DNA from: the human T2T-CHM13v2.0 reference genome, Homo sapiens
Length of the DNA: 64,000 bases
Assembly: GCF_009914755.1 (NCBI RefSeq)
Contig: NC_060928.1
Direction: 5' to 3' (one strand)
The position numbers were made by a program, and so were the translations under genes. Of this stretch, positions 25,238-37,126 are shown one piece after another; within the stretch, counting starts at the first letter, position 1, and each line of letters starts with the position of its first letter. The notes beneath the pieces were generated by a model. That model did not search any database. It saw nothing but the letters and a program-made list of their open reading frames with translations, and was not told the origin of the DNA.

Positions 25238-28200
25238 AGCAGTTAAGTAAGAGACTAAGAGTTGTAAAATACCTTGGGTCTCTGTCCTCCCAACTGTATC
25301 TGTAGCAGCTCCACCACCTATCGAAGCAAATCCTCTGATGGTCAATAGAGCGCTCAAAAGACAACTAACACATCTTTTCAAATAGACCTTACAATCGTTG
25401 GAGCTCCAATTTGCTCCGATAACTTTATGATGATTTATGTAACAAATAATTCTGGTTCAGACTAGTGAAGTCTGAAAAGGGGAGGGAATACTTTATTACG
25501 CAGAATGTTTACTTTCCCTCTGAGTGCTTCCTGGCAGAAAAAAATTCAGACTTTTCCCGTTATGTTCCCTCCAAATTTGGAATTGTGTTTATGCCAACAT
25601 TTAGATAACATTTGTTGAACATCAAGTTTACATCTAGTATAGTCTTCTCAACTCCTTTTCCACCCTTTTTCCCTTTCCTTTAGTTCTTTTCATTGTACTC
25701 AGCTAAAGTAAGATTATTTTATTTTAAATAAAAAAACTTTTGCATTGAAGGATTTAAAGTTCCTATAAAGAATGCCATTCTCCAGATGAATGGATATGTA
25801 ATTTTCATTTTGCCCCATTTCATTGGGCTGTTCCTTGGCTACCATTTTGTTTTGGTAGTCAAAGCTGTAGCAATGATGAGTTCAGCTATCAAGTTTGGTA
25901 GGTTAAACAAAATAAGGTTCTTAGAGAGTAATTTATAAGAGTGGTGTCTTCATCAACATTCTTTCCCTTACAGTTGCTTTTTTTTTTTTAACTACGCCTT
26001 TTATGAAGACTGAGTATTACAATTTCCCAACACATATATGTGCTAAGGGAAAAGGTTTTTATCAGAATAATGATGTCAAACAAGGTAATAATATGAATTT
26101 AAAGTTAATATAACCTTCATATGGCTAATTTATTTACCTTTAGGGCTGTCTTTCTAATAATGCCTTAAAAAATCAAATAGTCTGTGGTTGCTAAAGGACC
26201 AGAGGAACGAAAACTGTATATGTGAAAGATAAAAAGCCTGAAACAGAATTTTTTTAGAGTCGTTTTCAGATGAAGAACAAGTATAGTAATAGTTCCTATA
26301 CTTGTCATCCATGGTTGATCCCAATTTTCCTCAAAGAGGAGTGGATGGCACATTACACTAGAATGTCAAACCTCTACCTTGAGCAATTTAGCTAAGCCCC
26401 GTTGACATGCTTAGTTCACAGCTGACATTAAGGGTACATGCAGGCAGGCTGACAGGTTAACTTGATACACTCAATTTCAACATTCAGGGTGCTGAACTCA
26501 GAGAGGTTATTGCTTAAGAAATGTGAAAGGTGGGTTCTTTACAAAAGTATCTAAGAGAAATCCATCTGTGAAATGTATTTGCTTCATAAAGTGCACAATT
26601 TGCCACAAAGAACACAAGAATCAAGGACCCTTCCTACTGCTTTGCTTGTCTGTCTTTTTCATTTAACAGCAAGAATTCCCAAATTATGTAAACATGGAGA
26701 GGCTTTGGCACACTTTTGGAGAAGAGGAAAAAGAGACCCAGCTGAATCAGCTTCCTAAACTACTGCATTATTTTACTCTGATGGTTTTAATTAGAGAAAA
26801 AAAATAACTGCTTTGAGACCATCTGCATATTCATAATGTAGAACATATGGCTGGTTTTCAGGATTTTGAAAAAGAAAACACATTAATAAGTTTGCTTCTT
26901 TCCATTCATTTCTCACATTCTAGGTTATTTCTTTGAGAAATAATATATTTGAAAAATCTGTTTACTCTTTACATGAGCCAAATGTTCTCATTCCTTTAGG
27001 GTTTTTTTTTTGTGTGTGTGTGTTGTGTGTGCTACTATTGTACATTTTAGCAACAAATGCTGAAAGAGAATATGGTTGTTTATGATTGAGAATGCCTCAT
27101 AAGTGAGTTCATAACACTTTGTAGGTGCATATTTGCATTAACACACTGTCTTTTGTTAGCATAACTTACTGGAGTTAGATTTATGGGAAAGTCTTGTTAG
27201 AATTTCCCAAGAGCAAGATAAAGACTCAAAACCAAGATAGGCGTGTAGTATATGTGTTCACATACACGTGTGTGTATACCTGTGTGCATGAAGGTCTGTG
27301 CATCTCAGATAGGATATAATGTGCATCTCATTTGACCAATGGAAATAAACAGCTATTATAAAAACTAAAATGTAAAAGTATACTTATGAATAATATGAAG
27401 TGTATTTGTAAGTGTATTTGTAATATATATTTATATAAGTATATAAAAATGATTTCAGACTTAAGATGAGATGACTTTTGAATTTTAAATTCTTAAAAGA
27501 AGAAAAACATCTCTAGTTATATTAGAAGAAAATAGAAAATCAATAGAACTTTTACTTTTTTTCTGGCTTTGCTGGTAGTCACTGGATCAATAAATCCAAT
27601 TCCCATGTGAAATAACAAACAAGAAACAACCAAAGAGCTAGAATTGGCATCGCTACCTTAATAACAACACAGAAAAAGTTATCAACACTGGGAAATAAAG
27701 ATTAGAAAATAAATGAAATGTTGTTCCTTTGAGACCAAGCTACCATGTTTGTTGGGCAAAGGTAAAAGGAAACAAGGGAAGCAGAATTTAGATGGCAGAG
27801 ATGTGTGTGCTGGGAAGAATTGGAGGAAATCACCCTGCTCCCTGGGAGGCTGACTCCGAAGCTCTTGTCTGGCGAGCCTTGGTGCAGCTTAGTTGTTGCT
27901 AATGCTCCCCCATGCTGTAAGAGGTCCAAGGGCTCAGAGATAAAACTTCTTTTAGGATTTAGCAAAGGGTATTAGAGGCTTGAATGAAACAATCTACAAC
28001 TTGTTTCCCAGTTTGGAGATTTAAAAAATGGAGCTATTTGAGCAGGCATTGTTTATTAAAAAGGAAGGACTTCAAGGCACTTATTGGCACTGAAATAAAC
28101 AACTTGCTTATATTTAAATCATGCTTTTATGAAATAAGTTGCTATTTTGCAGAAGAAAACAATCTGACTTTTCCATTTATTTAGTAAGGGCATTGGAGAT

Positions 28201-28412
28201 TTCCAGTATTTCAGAAAATCTACTATGATGACTGTAAGATTGGGAATTAGTTTGCTTTTAGAGACATAGTTATTGAATAACTCCTTTTTCAAGGAATTGA
28301 GTTACTTTGAACTAGTTTCTTTTGTCATTTTTTTTTCTCTTCCAGCTAAGATATCACACCTTTAATTTCACCAGATCTTGTTTAGCTCCTGTTTTGAACT
28401 AAAGGATACTAA

Positions 28413-28729
<317 letters not shown>

Positions 28730-28766
28730 TGACATAGCTTTTTGAATAGCAGACAGGATATATTCC

Positions 28767-28798
28767 ATTGCTTCTTGACCTTTTGGCTAAGATCAAAT
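28767..28798 (+). pseudogene. 3'-truncated U2 snRNA retropseudogene (U2 nt ~1-32)
   Basis: ATTGCTTCTTGACCTTTTGGCTAAGATCAAAT vs U2 5' end ATCGCTTCTCGGCCTTTTGGCTAAGATCAAGT (28/32, two CpG transitions); flanked by 14-bp direct repeats ACAGGATATATTCC (28753-28766) and ACAGGTTATCTTCC (28799-28812). Confidence 0.85.
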
Positions 28799-29414
28799 AC
28801 AGGTTATCTTCCATGTTTTATCTATCTTCTAATTTCTAGTGATGAAATTACAAAGTTAATTATTTTCTATGTATGATTTTGAAATTTGCCTCATATTTAT
28901 GATCCTTTTATATGCCTAAAATTCCCTTTGCTTTTTTCTTTACTGTTAATATCAAACTTTTTCTTTAGATTCATTACAGTTTTTATTATGCATGTATTTA
29001 CCTTTGATATAGGCTGTGTGATACAAGTATTCTTTTTGCACTGAGCCCCATGTTGCTTTATGTATCCTACTAATGACATTTTTTTTCTCTATGAGTTTAT
29101 AGTATTTGGGACTCAGTTATAGCTGATGAAATTGTCTCCACTCCCTTCATGGGGACACAGTGTACTTAGATATAATAAAGCTAGATTTTAGTAAAATGTG
29201 GACAATTTGGCCTTTTTAAAATTTGCTTATGGCTGCATGCCAATCCAGAAGTAATAATATGATAAAATATTTTCATTAATAACTGTTTTCTTTTTCTTAC
29301 ATGTAATGGAACTTGATGTAGATCATTAAGTACTATGCATTTAACAAATCCGTAATAACCTTAATCAAATCAGTTATTTAATATGAAGTGGCCAAAATAT
29401 CTGAAATAAAATTT

Positions 29415-29697
29415 TCTTTTAAAAAATTTTAGTAAAATATAGTTCAAATACAATTTACCATTCTCATCATTTTTAAGTGTACAGTTCATTGGCATTAAGT
29501 ACATTTACATTATTGTGTCTGTTACCACTGTTCATGTCTAGAACTTTTCATTATCCCAAACTGAAACTCTGCAATCATTAAACAACAATCCCCCATACCC
29601 CATCTTCAGGTAACCACTATTCCACTTTCTGTCTCTAAATTTGACAACTTTGTGTGCCCCATGTAAGTGGAATTATACAATATGTATTTGTCGTTCT
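29415..29697 (-). mobile_element. L1M (L1MB-like) 3' UTR fragment
   Basis: TTTTTAAGTGTACAGTTCATTGGCATTAAGTACATTTACATT...CAAACTGAAACTCTG...GTAAGTGGAATTATACAATAT. Confidence 0.85.
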
Positions 29698-30071
29698 ACG
29701 TAAATTTCTCCTTTCTAAACAGATACTGCAGCATTAAGATGATGTAGACCCCCAAATTGCTCTTCCACCTACCTTCAGTTTCCAACTCTGTTACCAGTCA
29801 AGGGAATACTGTGTGTGGAATCATGATGACTTCTCTGTTAGTCCCAGTGAAAATATGCCTCAACTTCATCGGAGACAAATTCATTTTGCATCTTATCAGA
29901 CTCATAGAATACATAACAGTAATATAAGACTACTTTAAGTTACATGAGGTAGGCAGATCAACATATACTAAAATAATGAAGTAACTTAGATTCCCCCCAC
30001 CCCTACACCTTGTGTGTGAGTGTGTGTGTCTGTGTGTACTGATAAATGACACAAATTTGCTTGATAACATT

Positions 30072-30250
30072 AATAGCTAATCTCCATATATCACATTATA
30101 ATTTGCAAAGGACTTTTTCACAGACATTTCCCTATCAAATAACAGCCTTGAAAATATTAATGTTTATTCTCATATTTAGATGTTACAATTAAGGCTCAGT
30201 GAGATTAATTCATGCTCACCAGGCACGTGACTCTTGTGCTAGGGTCTAGT
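30072..30250 (-). mobile_element. MIR/MIR3 fragment
   Basis: TTTGCAAAGGACTTTTTCACAGACATT...AACAGCCTTG...AGATG...AAGGCTCAGTGAGATTAA. Confidence 0.6.
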
Positions 30251-30630
30251 GTTTTTGCACCTCACTCCTCTTGCTAATTACCCCCAAGTGGTACAGGAAG
30301 CCGAGGTCCAATGTCCAGCTGTGTACAGAGTCCCAGTCTGATGCACTAACCAGCAGATATAGTACTCTCCTTTTAACTTTACCTTCCAAGAGATCTTTCC
30401 CTGTTCCCAACACTCTGTTACCTACTCTAAGGATCAGATACTTGACCTACCCATTATGAGGTTCCATAAGGGTCAGAAACTTTCCATGTCTGGCAAAGCA
30501 CTTTCCCTAAGCTCCTGCAGTAAAGGATCATGAACTCTTTTCTTTCACCAAAACTGGATCACATTATAAATAGTGGGGAGAAATCATGTGGAACTAGTTC
30601 AGAGTGGCAGCTGACCAAGTTCTGTTGCTG

Positions 30631-30632
<2 letters not shown>

Positions 30633-30666
<34 letters not shown>

Positions 30667-30672
30667 AAAAAA
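30633..30672. repeat. Poly(A) tract: A33 followed by CAAAAAA
   Basis: Directly visible; no Alu or L1 body upstream. Confidence 0.95.
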
Positions 30673-32454
30673 CAGTTTTATGTCAAAGTCCAATATGAAA
30701 TCGCAAAGAATTAAAATAATAATACAAATGCTGCCAATGTGTATGAAAAAGAAACTTTTAAAATTTAAGGAACATGGTATAGAATATGTCAGTTTATTCT
30801 GTGATCCTTCTGCTGTAACTGTGTGTCCAGTCTGTGCAGCAAACACAGCAAAGGGAAGAAGGTATGAAGTAGAAACCCCAGCTCCGTGCTTTCTTGACTC
30901 TTGGAACCTCACATCCCCAAGGGCATTGTCAGAGTGGCTTTTAATTTTTTTTAAATATAGGTTGGCGGGGCTGTAGAAGTGTTTCATTTTTTAAACCTTT
31001 GCTGGACATGTCCACTGACAGAACCATGTTATGCTGGTCCTGAAAAGCTGCCAACAGAGGGAAATGAGTTATGCTGTATGGATTCATCTCAGCTCTTTCA
31101 CATTCGCTCCTATTTTCCATGGCACTTTGATCCTTTCTCGTTTTCCACTCCAAATTGGTCCCTGTGTATCCTGTGCCAACTGGCACACTTCTGTTAAATA
31201 AGTATTTTGCTAATAATATCCTAGCTGTTTCTGAATTCTCCTCCACAGTCCCTTTTATTCTATCTGGGTATAAAGTTGATTGCTCTAAATCCCACTGCTG
31301 AATCTTGCTAATACAAGCATGACTGCTTAGCTTGAAATTCAGTTCGTTTATTTATAGATTCACAAAGCATCTTTATTCTAGAGTTCAAATTTCTTCAGAA
31401 AGAATTTTTTATTAGATAACATTTTATTTTAACAACTTGATGAAAGTATAATTATTATTTATAGTGGTTTGCTAATTTGCTAACATAGCCTACTGTGCTT
31501 AGGCTATGTGAAATACAGTTTTTATTAAATAGTTTGTAAAAGTAACTCTTATAAAGAGAGAGTTGCCCTAATGGAACAATTTGGAAGGCTCTCCATCTAA
31601 CCAGCTGTCCTGCACTGAGTGAGTGACTTAACCTTTCCAGGTTTTCAGTCTGCATAAAAAATAAGAGGTGAAAGCTTCCACTTGCCTCTGGGCATTAAAA
31701 TGCAATGATTCTATGAATTTATTAAATAAAGAGCAAACTTGGTATGTGGCCTGATGACTCTTAGGAGTGATATTTTAGATGCTCTTGGCTGTGTGTTTCT
31801 GGAAATCAGTTTCCTCATTAGACTTTCTTCAACTTATTTTGAATTCCTGCCTCTGGATTTTTACTGTCTCCTTCCCACTGCAGCCCAGCAAAACTCATTT
31901 ATTTTTAAAAACCAGCAGTTTCTATATGTGCTTGGAAGCAGAGCAGTATCAACAATCAAAGCTACATGTGGAATCTTGGTAAAGGGATTTCATAGAAGAG
32001 TGATTTGAAGGCAGTGACCTTCTATCCTTTGTTTTCTTTTTTAGGCCATTGAACTTTGCCAGACATAAATATGATTTCTGTGCTTTGTATGAATCGTGTG
32101 ATTTGGTTTACATGAATATTTTATCATTATACATCAACTTTATCTGGAACATGATTTTTAAAAGAGTTCTGTTTGAGTAAGAATGTTTTTATTATGCTTT
32201 GGGCCTAGTCTTTCTATGGAAATGTACTTTGAATATTATAATAGAAGTCAGTTGAAAAACAGAATAAAAATAAAAGCATTTCATTAAAGAAAACTTTTCA
32301 ATAACGTTATGGATGGAGCCTTGGTAAAGTTCTTACTAGTGTTTAGGCTTTTGATGTTTAATAAGGTATTTTATAGGTTTGAGTGAATGATGCTTATTTC
32401 TCAGAGGTAGTATATTTCTATTTTTCATAACGAAAGATGCCTCGGCTTTCAATT

Positions 32455-32628
32455 AGACAGCTTTGGGCTTAAATCTCATGGCCCACCCCACCTCAGCTAC
32501 ATGACCTTAGACAAGTCATTTTACCACTTTGAAGCTCAGTTTTTCACCTGTAATGTGGGGGCAATAATTATCACTTCCCGGAATAAGAGTTGAATACCAT
32601 CTAGCCCATAGGAGGCACAAAGCAAATG
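32455..32628 (+). mobile_element. MIR fragment
   Basis: AGCTACATGACCTTAGACAAGTCATTTTACC...CTCAGTTTTTCACCTGTAATGTGGGG. Confidence 0.75.
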
Positions 32629-33061
32629 ATCTTGGGATGATTTTCTACTAATAGATGGGAGATGGGTACACACAGTCATAAAAACAAAACAAAACAAAAA
32701 CAAGAGATGGGAGAGATTTCAGTTCTCCTCCCTCCAGAGTATCACATTTTTTTTTTCTTTTGGAATTGAAATAAGAATTCACTGGGTACAATTGTGCAAG
32801 TTAACTATCACTTATTTCAATAAATTTGCTTTTAAATTTGATTTACCAATTATTTCCTTCATACCTGAAACCACCTTTTATCACATACTTACCCTTCTTT
32901 AAGATTAAACTGTCAGCACAGTAAGTCAATGATTCACCAGGTGCTTTTTTTAGCTGAAAAATATTTCTAGCATACAGTGTAAGTCTTCATTATATACTTT
33001 ATTTTGGTTTCCTGACCTCAATCAAAAGCATTTCTTTCTCTCTTCTTCTCTCTCCTGTGCG

Positions 33062-33220
33062 TTTCTTTCATCCTTTAATTCAACATGTATTTATTGAGTG
33101 TCAGTTACTGGCCAGACACCATTCTAGGCCCTGGGGATAGAGCAATAAATAAACTAGGAGGCCTCCTTTAAGTTAGATGGTCAGAGAAGACCTCTCTGAG
33201 CGGGTGACATTTAGGCTGAG
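33062..33220 (-). mobile_element. L2 3' end fragment
   Basis: ATTCAACATGTATTTATTGAGTG...GCCAGACACCATTCTAGGCCCTGGGGATAGAGCA...GGTGACATTTAGGCTGAG. Confidence 0.8.
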
Positions 33221-33519
33221 CAATATTCATAATATGATATCTATTCTACTCTTCTACCTTTACCCAGAGACTGCTGAAATGCTTCTGGTTCTCCGGCCAT
33301 AACTTACTCTCTGAGATTACATCTGCTAGACGTGCAGGGCCACTGGGCTTTGTCTTATCCTCATCTTGAATTCCATCTGATTGCTTCTCAGAAATGCTTG
33401 GGAGGTCATATAGGCCAAAAATCACTTTAGTCAATTTTTCCTTTAAACTCCCCCAATTGAACTTTTCAACAAGAATGAGAAGCCATTGGTGGGTGGGTGT
33501 ATAGATGTTGGGGACAAAG

Positions 33520-33710
33520 AAGCAATATTTACTAAGCACTGTCACTGATGCTGTGCTAAAACATTCCCATTGGATCTTCATAATCTGATTAAAATCCTGT
33601 GAGATTAATATTACTGTTATTTCTAGATGTGGAAACAAATTCAGAGACATTAAGCCACTTGCTTAGGTCACCAGCTAATAAGAGACAAAGCTCAATTTCA
33701 ATCCCATGGT
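33520..33710 (-). mobile_element. MIR fragment
   Basis: ATTTACTAAGCACT...CCTGTGAG...TAGATGTGGAAAC...TTAAGCCACTTGCTTAGGTCACCAGCTAATAAG. Confidence 0.75.
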
Positions 33711-33974
33711 TTTTCTATGGTTCCTTGCTACCATCTGTATCATGGTGATTGTTTTGGTGAGTACACCTATTTGCCTTGAATCCTATAACAATGATGATTA
33801 ACAACACGCTTTTCTAGCTATTTGACATTGTACATTGTACACATTTAGCCAGAGCTACCCTTATATTAAGAATAAAATTGAACTAAATATTCATAAAAAT
33901 GAGCATGAATAAGTGTCAAACAGTATAATTTTATTAACATGAAGAAAAAAAAAGGAGACACAAAGCCATGGCAA

Positions 33975-34270
33975 TAGGCATCTATTATTTTTGGTTTGTC
34001 CAACATCCTTTTCTTTGGGAAACCACTCTCCTCCACAATTCCATGTGGTTCTGGACATATTTTCAATCAGTGTATCTGACTATAAGTGATAGCACCCCTA
34101 TCTTCTTTCCTGCTGTCCTCATGGAAATGTGACCCAGATTTGGGCAATCCTGGTACCTTCCACCCTAGGCCAAAGTGATGCTTCCAATGGGTAGAGTCAT
34201 GACTCAAGGTGGGCCAGTAGCAATCCTTTGCCAGGATTGACATATGGATGTTAGGGGAGGAAAATTCATT
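33975..34270 (+). mobile_element. Old MaLR LTR fragment (MLT1J/K-like)
   Basis: TTCTTTGGGAAACCACTCTCC...ATGTGACCCAGATTTGGGCAATC...CATGACTCAAGGTGGGCCA. Confidence 0.55.
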
Positions 34271-34372
34271 TTGGCCAAAAGTACAAAATTGGGAGGACAT
34301 AAATTTCTCCAGAAAGGAGTCCTTTTTTCTGAAACATAGCAAAAGTTTGTCTGTAATATTAAAAAATTAAAC

Positions 34373-34504
34373 TTTTTCCCTTCCTTCTTTCCTTCCTTCC
34401 TTCTTTCCTCCCTCCCTTCCTTCCTTCCTTCCTCCCTTCCCTTCTCCTTCTTTCCTTCCCCTCTCCTTCATTCCTTTCTCTCTCTCTGTCTCTCTCTCTT
34501 CCTT
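34373..34504. repeat. (TTCC)n/(TC)n polypyrimidine tract
   Basis: ~130 nt almost purely pyrimidine on the + strand. Confidence 0.93.
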
Positions 34505-36313
34505 GAGAGGAAGGCACCATTCCCTGGGGTATGGTAGCAGCCAGCTACCAGGTAGCAAGTTGATTACACTGGACTGCTTCCTTCATGGAAGGAACACTGT
34601 CTTGTTAATGGAATAGACACTTACTCTGAATACAGATTTGCCATCCCTGCACATAGTGCTTCTGCAAAACTACCATCTGTGGATTTATAGAATGCCTTAT
34701 CCACTGTCATGGCACTCCACACAGCATTGCTTTTGATAAAGGAACTCACTTCACAGCAACAAAAGTGTGGAAATAGGCCAATGCTTATGGGGTTTACTGG
34801 TTTACCACATTCTCCATCATCTTGAAGCAGCTAGCTTGAAACAATGGTGGAACAGCCTTTTGAGGACTCAGGTACAGTGCCAGCTAGGTAGTGATACCTT
34901 GGAGACCTGGAGCAAGAATCTCAAGAATGCTGTATATGCTATATGTGCTTTGAATCAGTGTCCAATATATGGATCTGTTTGTCCCATAGTCAGGATTCAT
35001 GGAGTACAAGAATCAAGGGGTGGAAATGGAGTGGCATCACTCACTATTATCCGTAGTGACTCACTAGCAATTTTTTTGCTTCCTGTTTCTGTGACCTTAT
35101 GCTCTGCCGGTCTAGAGGTCTTAGTTCCAAAGGTAGGAATGTTGCAACCAGAAGACAACAATATTGAACTGGAAGGTAAGACTGCCACTTGGCCACTTTG
35201 GGCTCCCCATGCCCCTGAATCAACAGGCAAAGAAAGAAGTTACTGTGCTGGCTGGGGTGATTGACCCGGACTACCAAGGGGAAATTTGAATACTATTCCA
35301 CAATGAAGGTAAAGAAGAGTATGCTTGGAATACAGGAGATTCCTTCAGGCATTTCTTAGTTTTGCCATGCTTTGTGATTCAGGTCAATGGAAAACTACAA
35401 CAACCTAATTCAGGCAGGACTGTTAATGGCCGAGATGCTTCAGGAATGAATGTCTGTGCCATCCCACCAGGTCAAGAACCATGACCAATTGAGGGCCTTG
35501 GAGAAAGCAAAGGGAATATAGAATGGGTGGTAGAAAGTAGTTATAAATACCAGCTATGACCATGTGACCAGTTGCAGAAATGAGGACTAAATTTTCATGA
35601 GTATTGTTTCTTATTTTGTTATAAATACCATACATACATTTAAAAATCTCTGTTTTTTCCTCCTCTTATTTCCTTATCAGGAACCATAAGATCTGTATTA
35701 GTCTGTTTTCACACCTCTGTAAAGATACTATCTGAGACTGGGTAATTTATAAACAAAAGAGGTTTAATTGACTCAGGGTTCTGCATGGTTGGGGAGGCCT
35801 CAGGAAACTTACAATCATGGCTGAAGGTAAAGGGGAAGCAAGGCATGTCTTACATGGTAGCAGGAGAGAGAGCAAGAAGGGGGAAGCACTGGACACTTAT
35901 CAAACAGCCAGATCTTGGGAGAACTCACTATCACGAGAACAGCAAGGGGGAAATCCACTCTCATGATCCAATCACCTCCCACCAGCTTCTTCCTTCAACA
36001 TGTGGGGATTACAATTCAAAATGAGATTTGGGTGGGGACACAGAGCCAAACCATATCAGATGTCTTGCCTTTATATTATAATATTTACATATTGTTAATT
36101 TTATATCATACTATTTAAGTTACATGAGGTGAAGGAGAAGAGTAAACCTCACTCAAGGACTTTACCTCTTCTTTTGGGGTGGGGATTAGTGAATTTTCAG
36201 TCGTATGCAGGATAGTTGTATAATGTTCAGTATAATTATGATTTTTGTTATTGTCGTTATTTGAAGATGAAATAAGGTTTAAGGAGACGCATGTGGTTGA
36301 CAAGGAGTGGATT
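34505..36313 (+). mobile_element. ERVL internal sequence (HERVL/ERVL-E-like): degenerate integrase, dUTPase, 3' non-coding region and PPT
   Basis: 34708 reads HGTPHSIAFDKGTHFTA (integrase core); 35191-35286 reads GHFGLPMPLNQQAKKEVTVLAGVIDPDYQGEI* (dUTPase); dUTPase after integrase is the ERV-L layout; PPT-like ACAAGGAGTGGA before the LTR. Confidence 0.92.
35694..36058 (-). mobile_element. MaLR solo LTR (THE1D-like) inserted in ERVL
   Basis: TGTATTAGTCTGTTTTCAC...GGGGAGGCCTCAGGAAACTTACAATCATGG...GGGGACACAGAGCCAAACCATATCA. Confidence 0.92.
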
Positions 36314-36722
36314 TGTGATGGCTAATTTTATGTGCCAATTTTACTGGGCTAGTCAGGGCTTAGATATTAGGTTAAACATTATTCTGGGATTCTTGGTGTA
36401 TATGTGAGGGTATTTCTGGATGAGATTAGCATTTGAAGCAGTAGACTGAGTAAAGAAGATTGAGCTGCCCAGTGAGAGTGAACCTCATCCAATCTATTGA
36501 AGGCTTGAATAGAATAAAAAGGCAGAATCAGGGAGAATTTGCCCTCTGTGGGCAGTCTTTGAGCTGGGAAATTGGTTGTCTCCTCCTTTTGGACTCAGAC
36601 TTGAACTGGAACTTACTCCATTGGCTCTTTTGGTTCTCGGGGTTTTGGACCCAGGCTGGAAATATACCATCATCAGGAAGTCTCCAGCTTGCAGCTCTTG
36701 AGACTTTTCAGCCTCCATAATT
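36314..36722 (+). mobile_element. MLT2 (C/D-like) 3' LTR of ERVL, 3'-truncated
   Basis: TGTGATGGCTAATTTTATGTG...GATGAGATTAGCATTTGAA...CCTCATCCAATCTATTGAAGGCTTGAATAGAATAAAAAGG...CAGCCTCCATAAT. Confidence 0.88.
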
Positions 36723-36736
36723 GGAGGCATTCTTGA

Positions 36737-37126
<390 letters not shown>

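Noticed and set aside
23102-27138. Isolated octamers ATTTGCAT at 23110 and 27131
   Set aside because: A few copies are expected by chance in 64 kb of AT-rich DNA
27398-27423. 12-bp tandem duplication AAGTGTATTTGT
   Set aside because: Ordinary slippage duplication in AT-rich DNA
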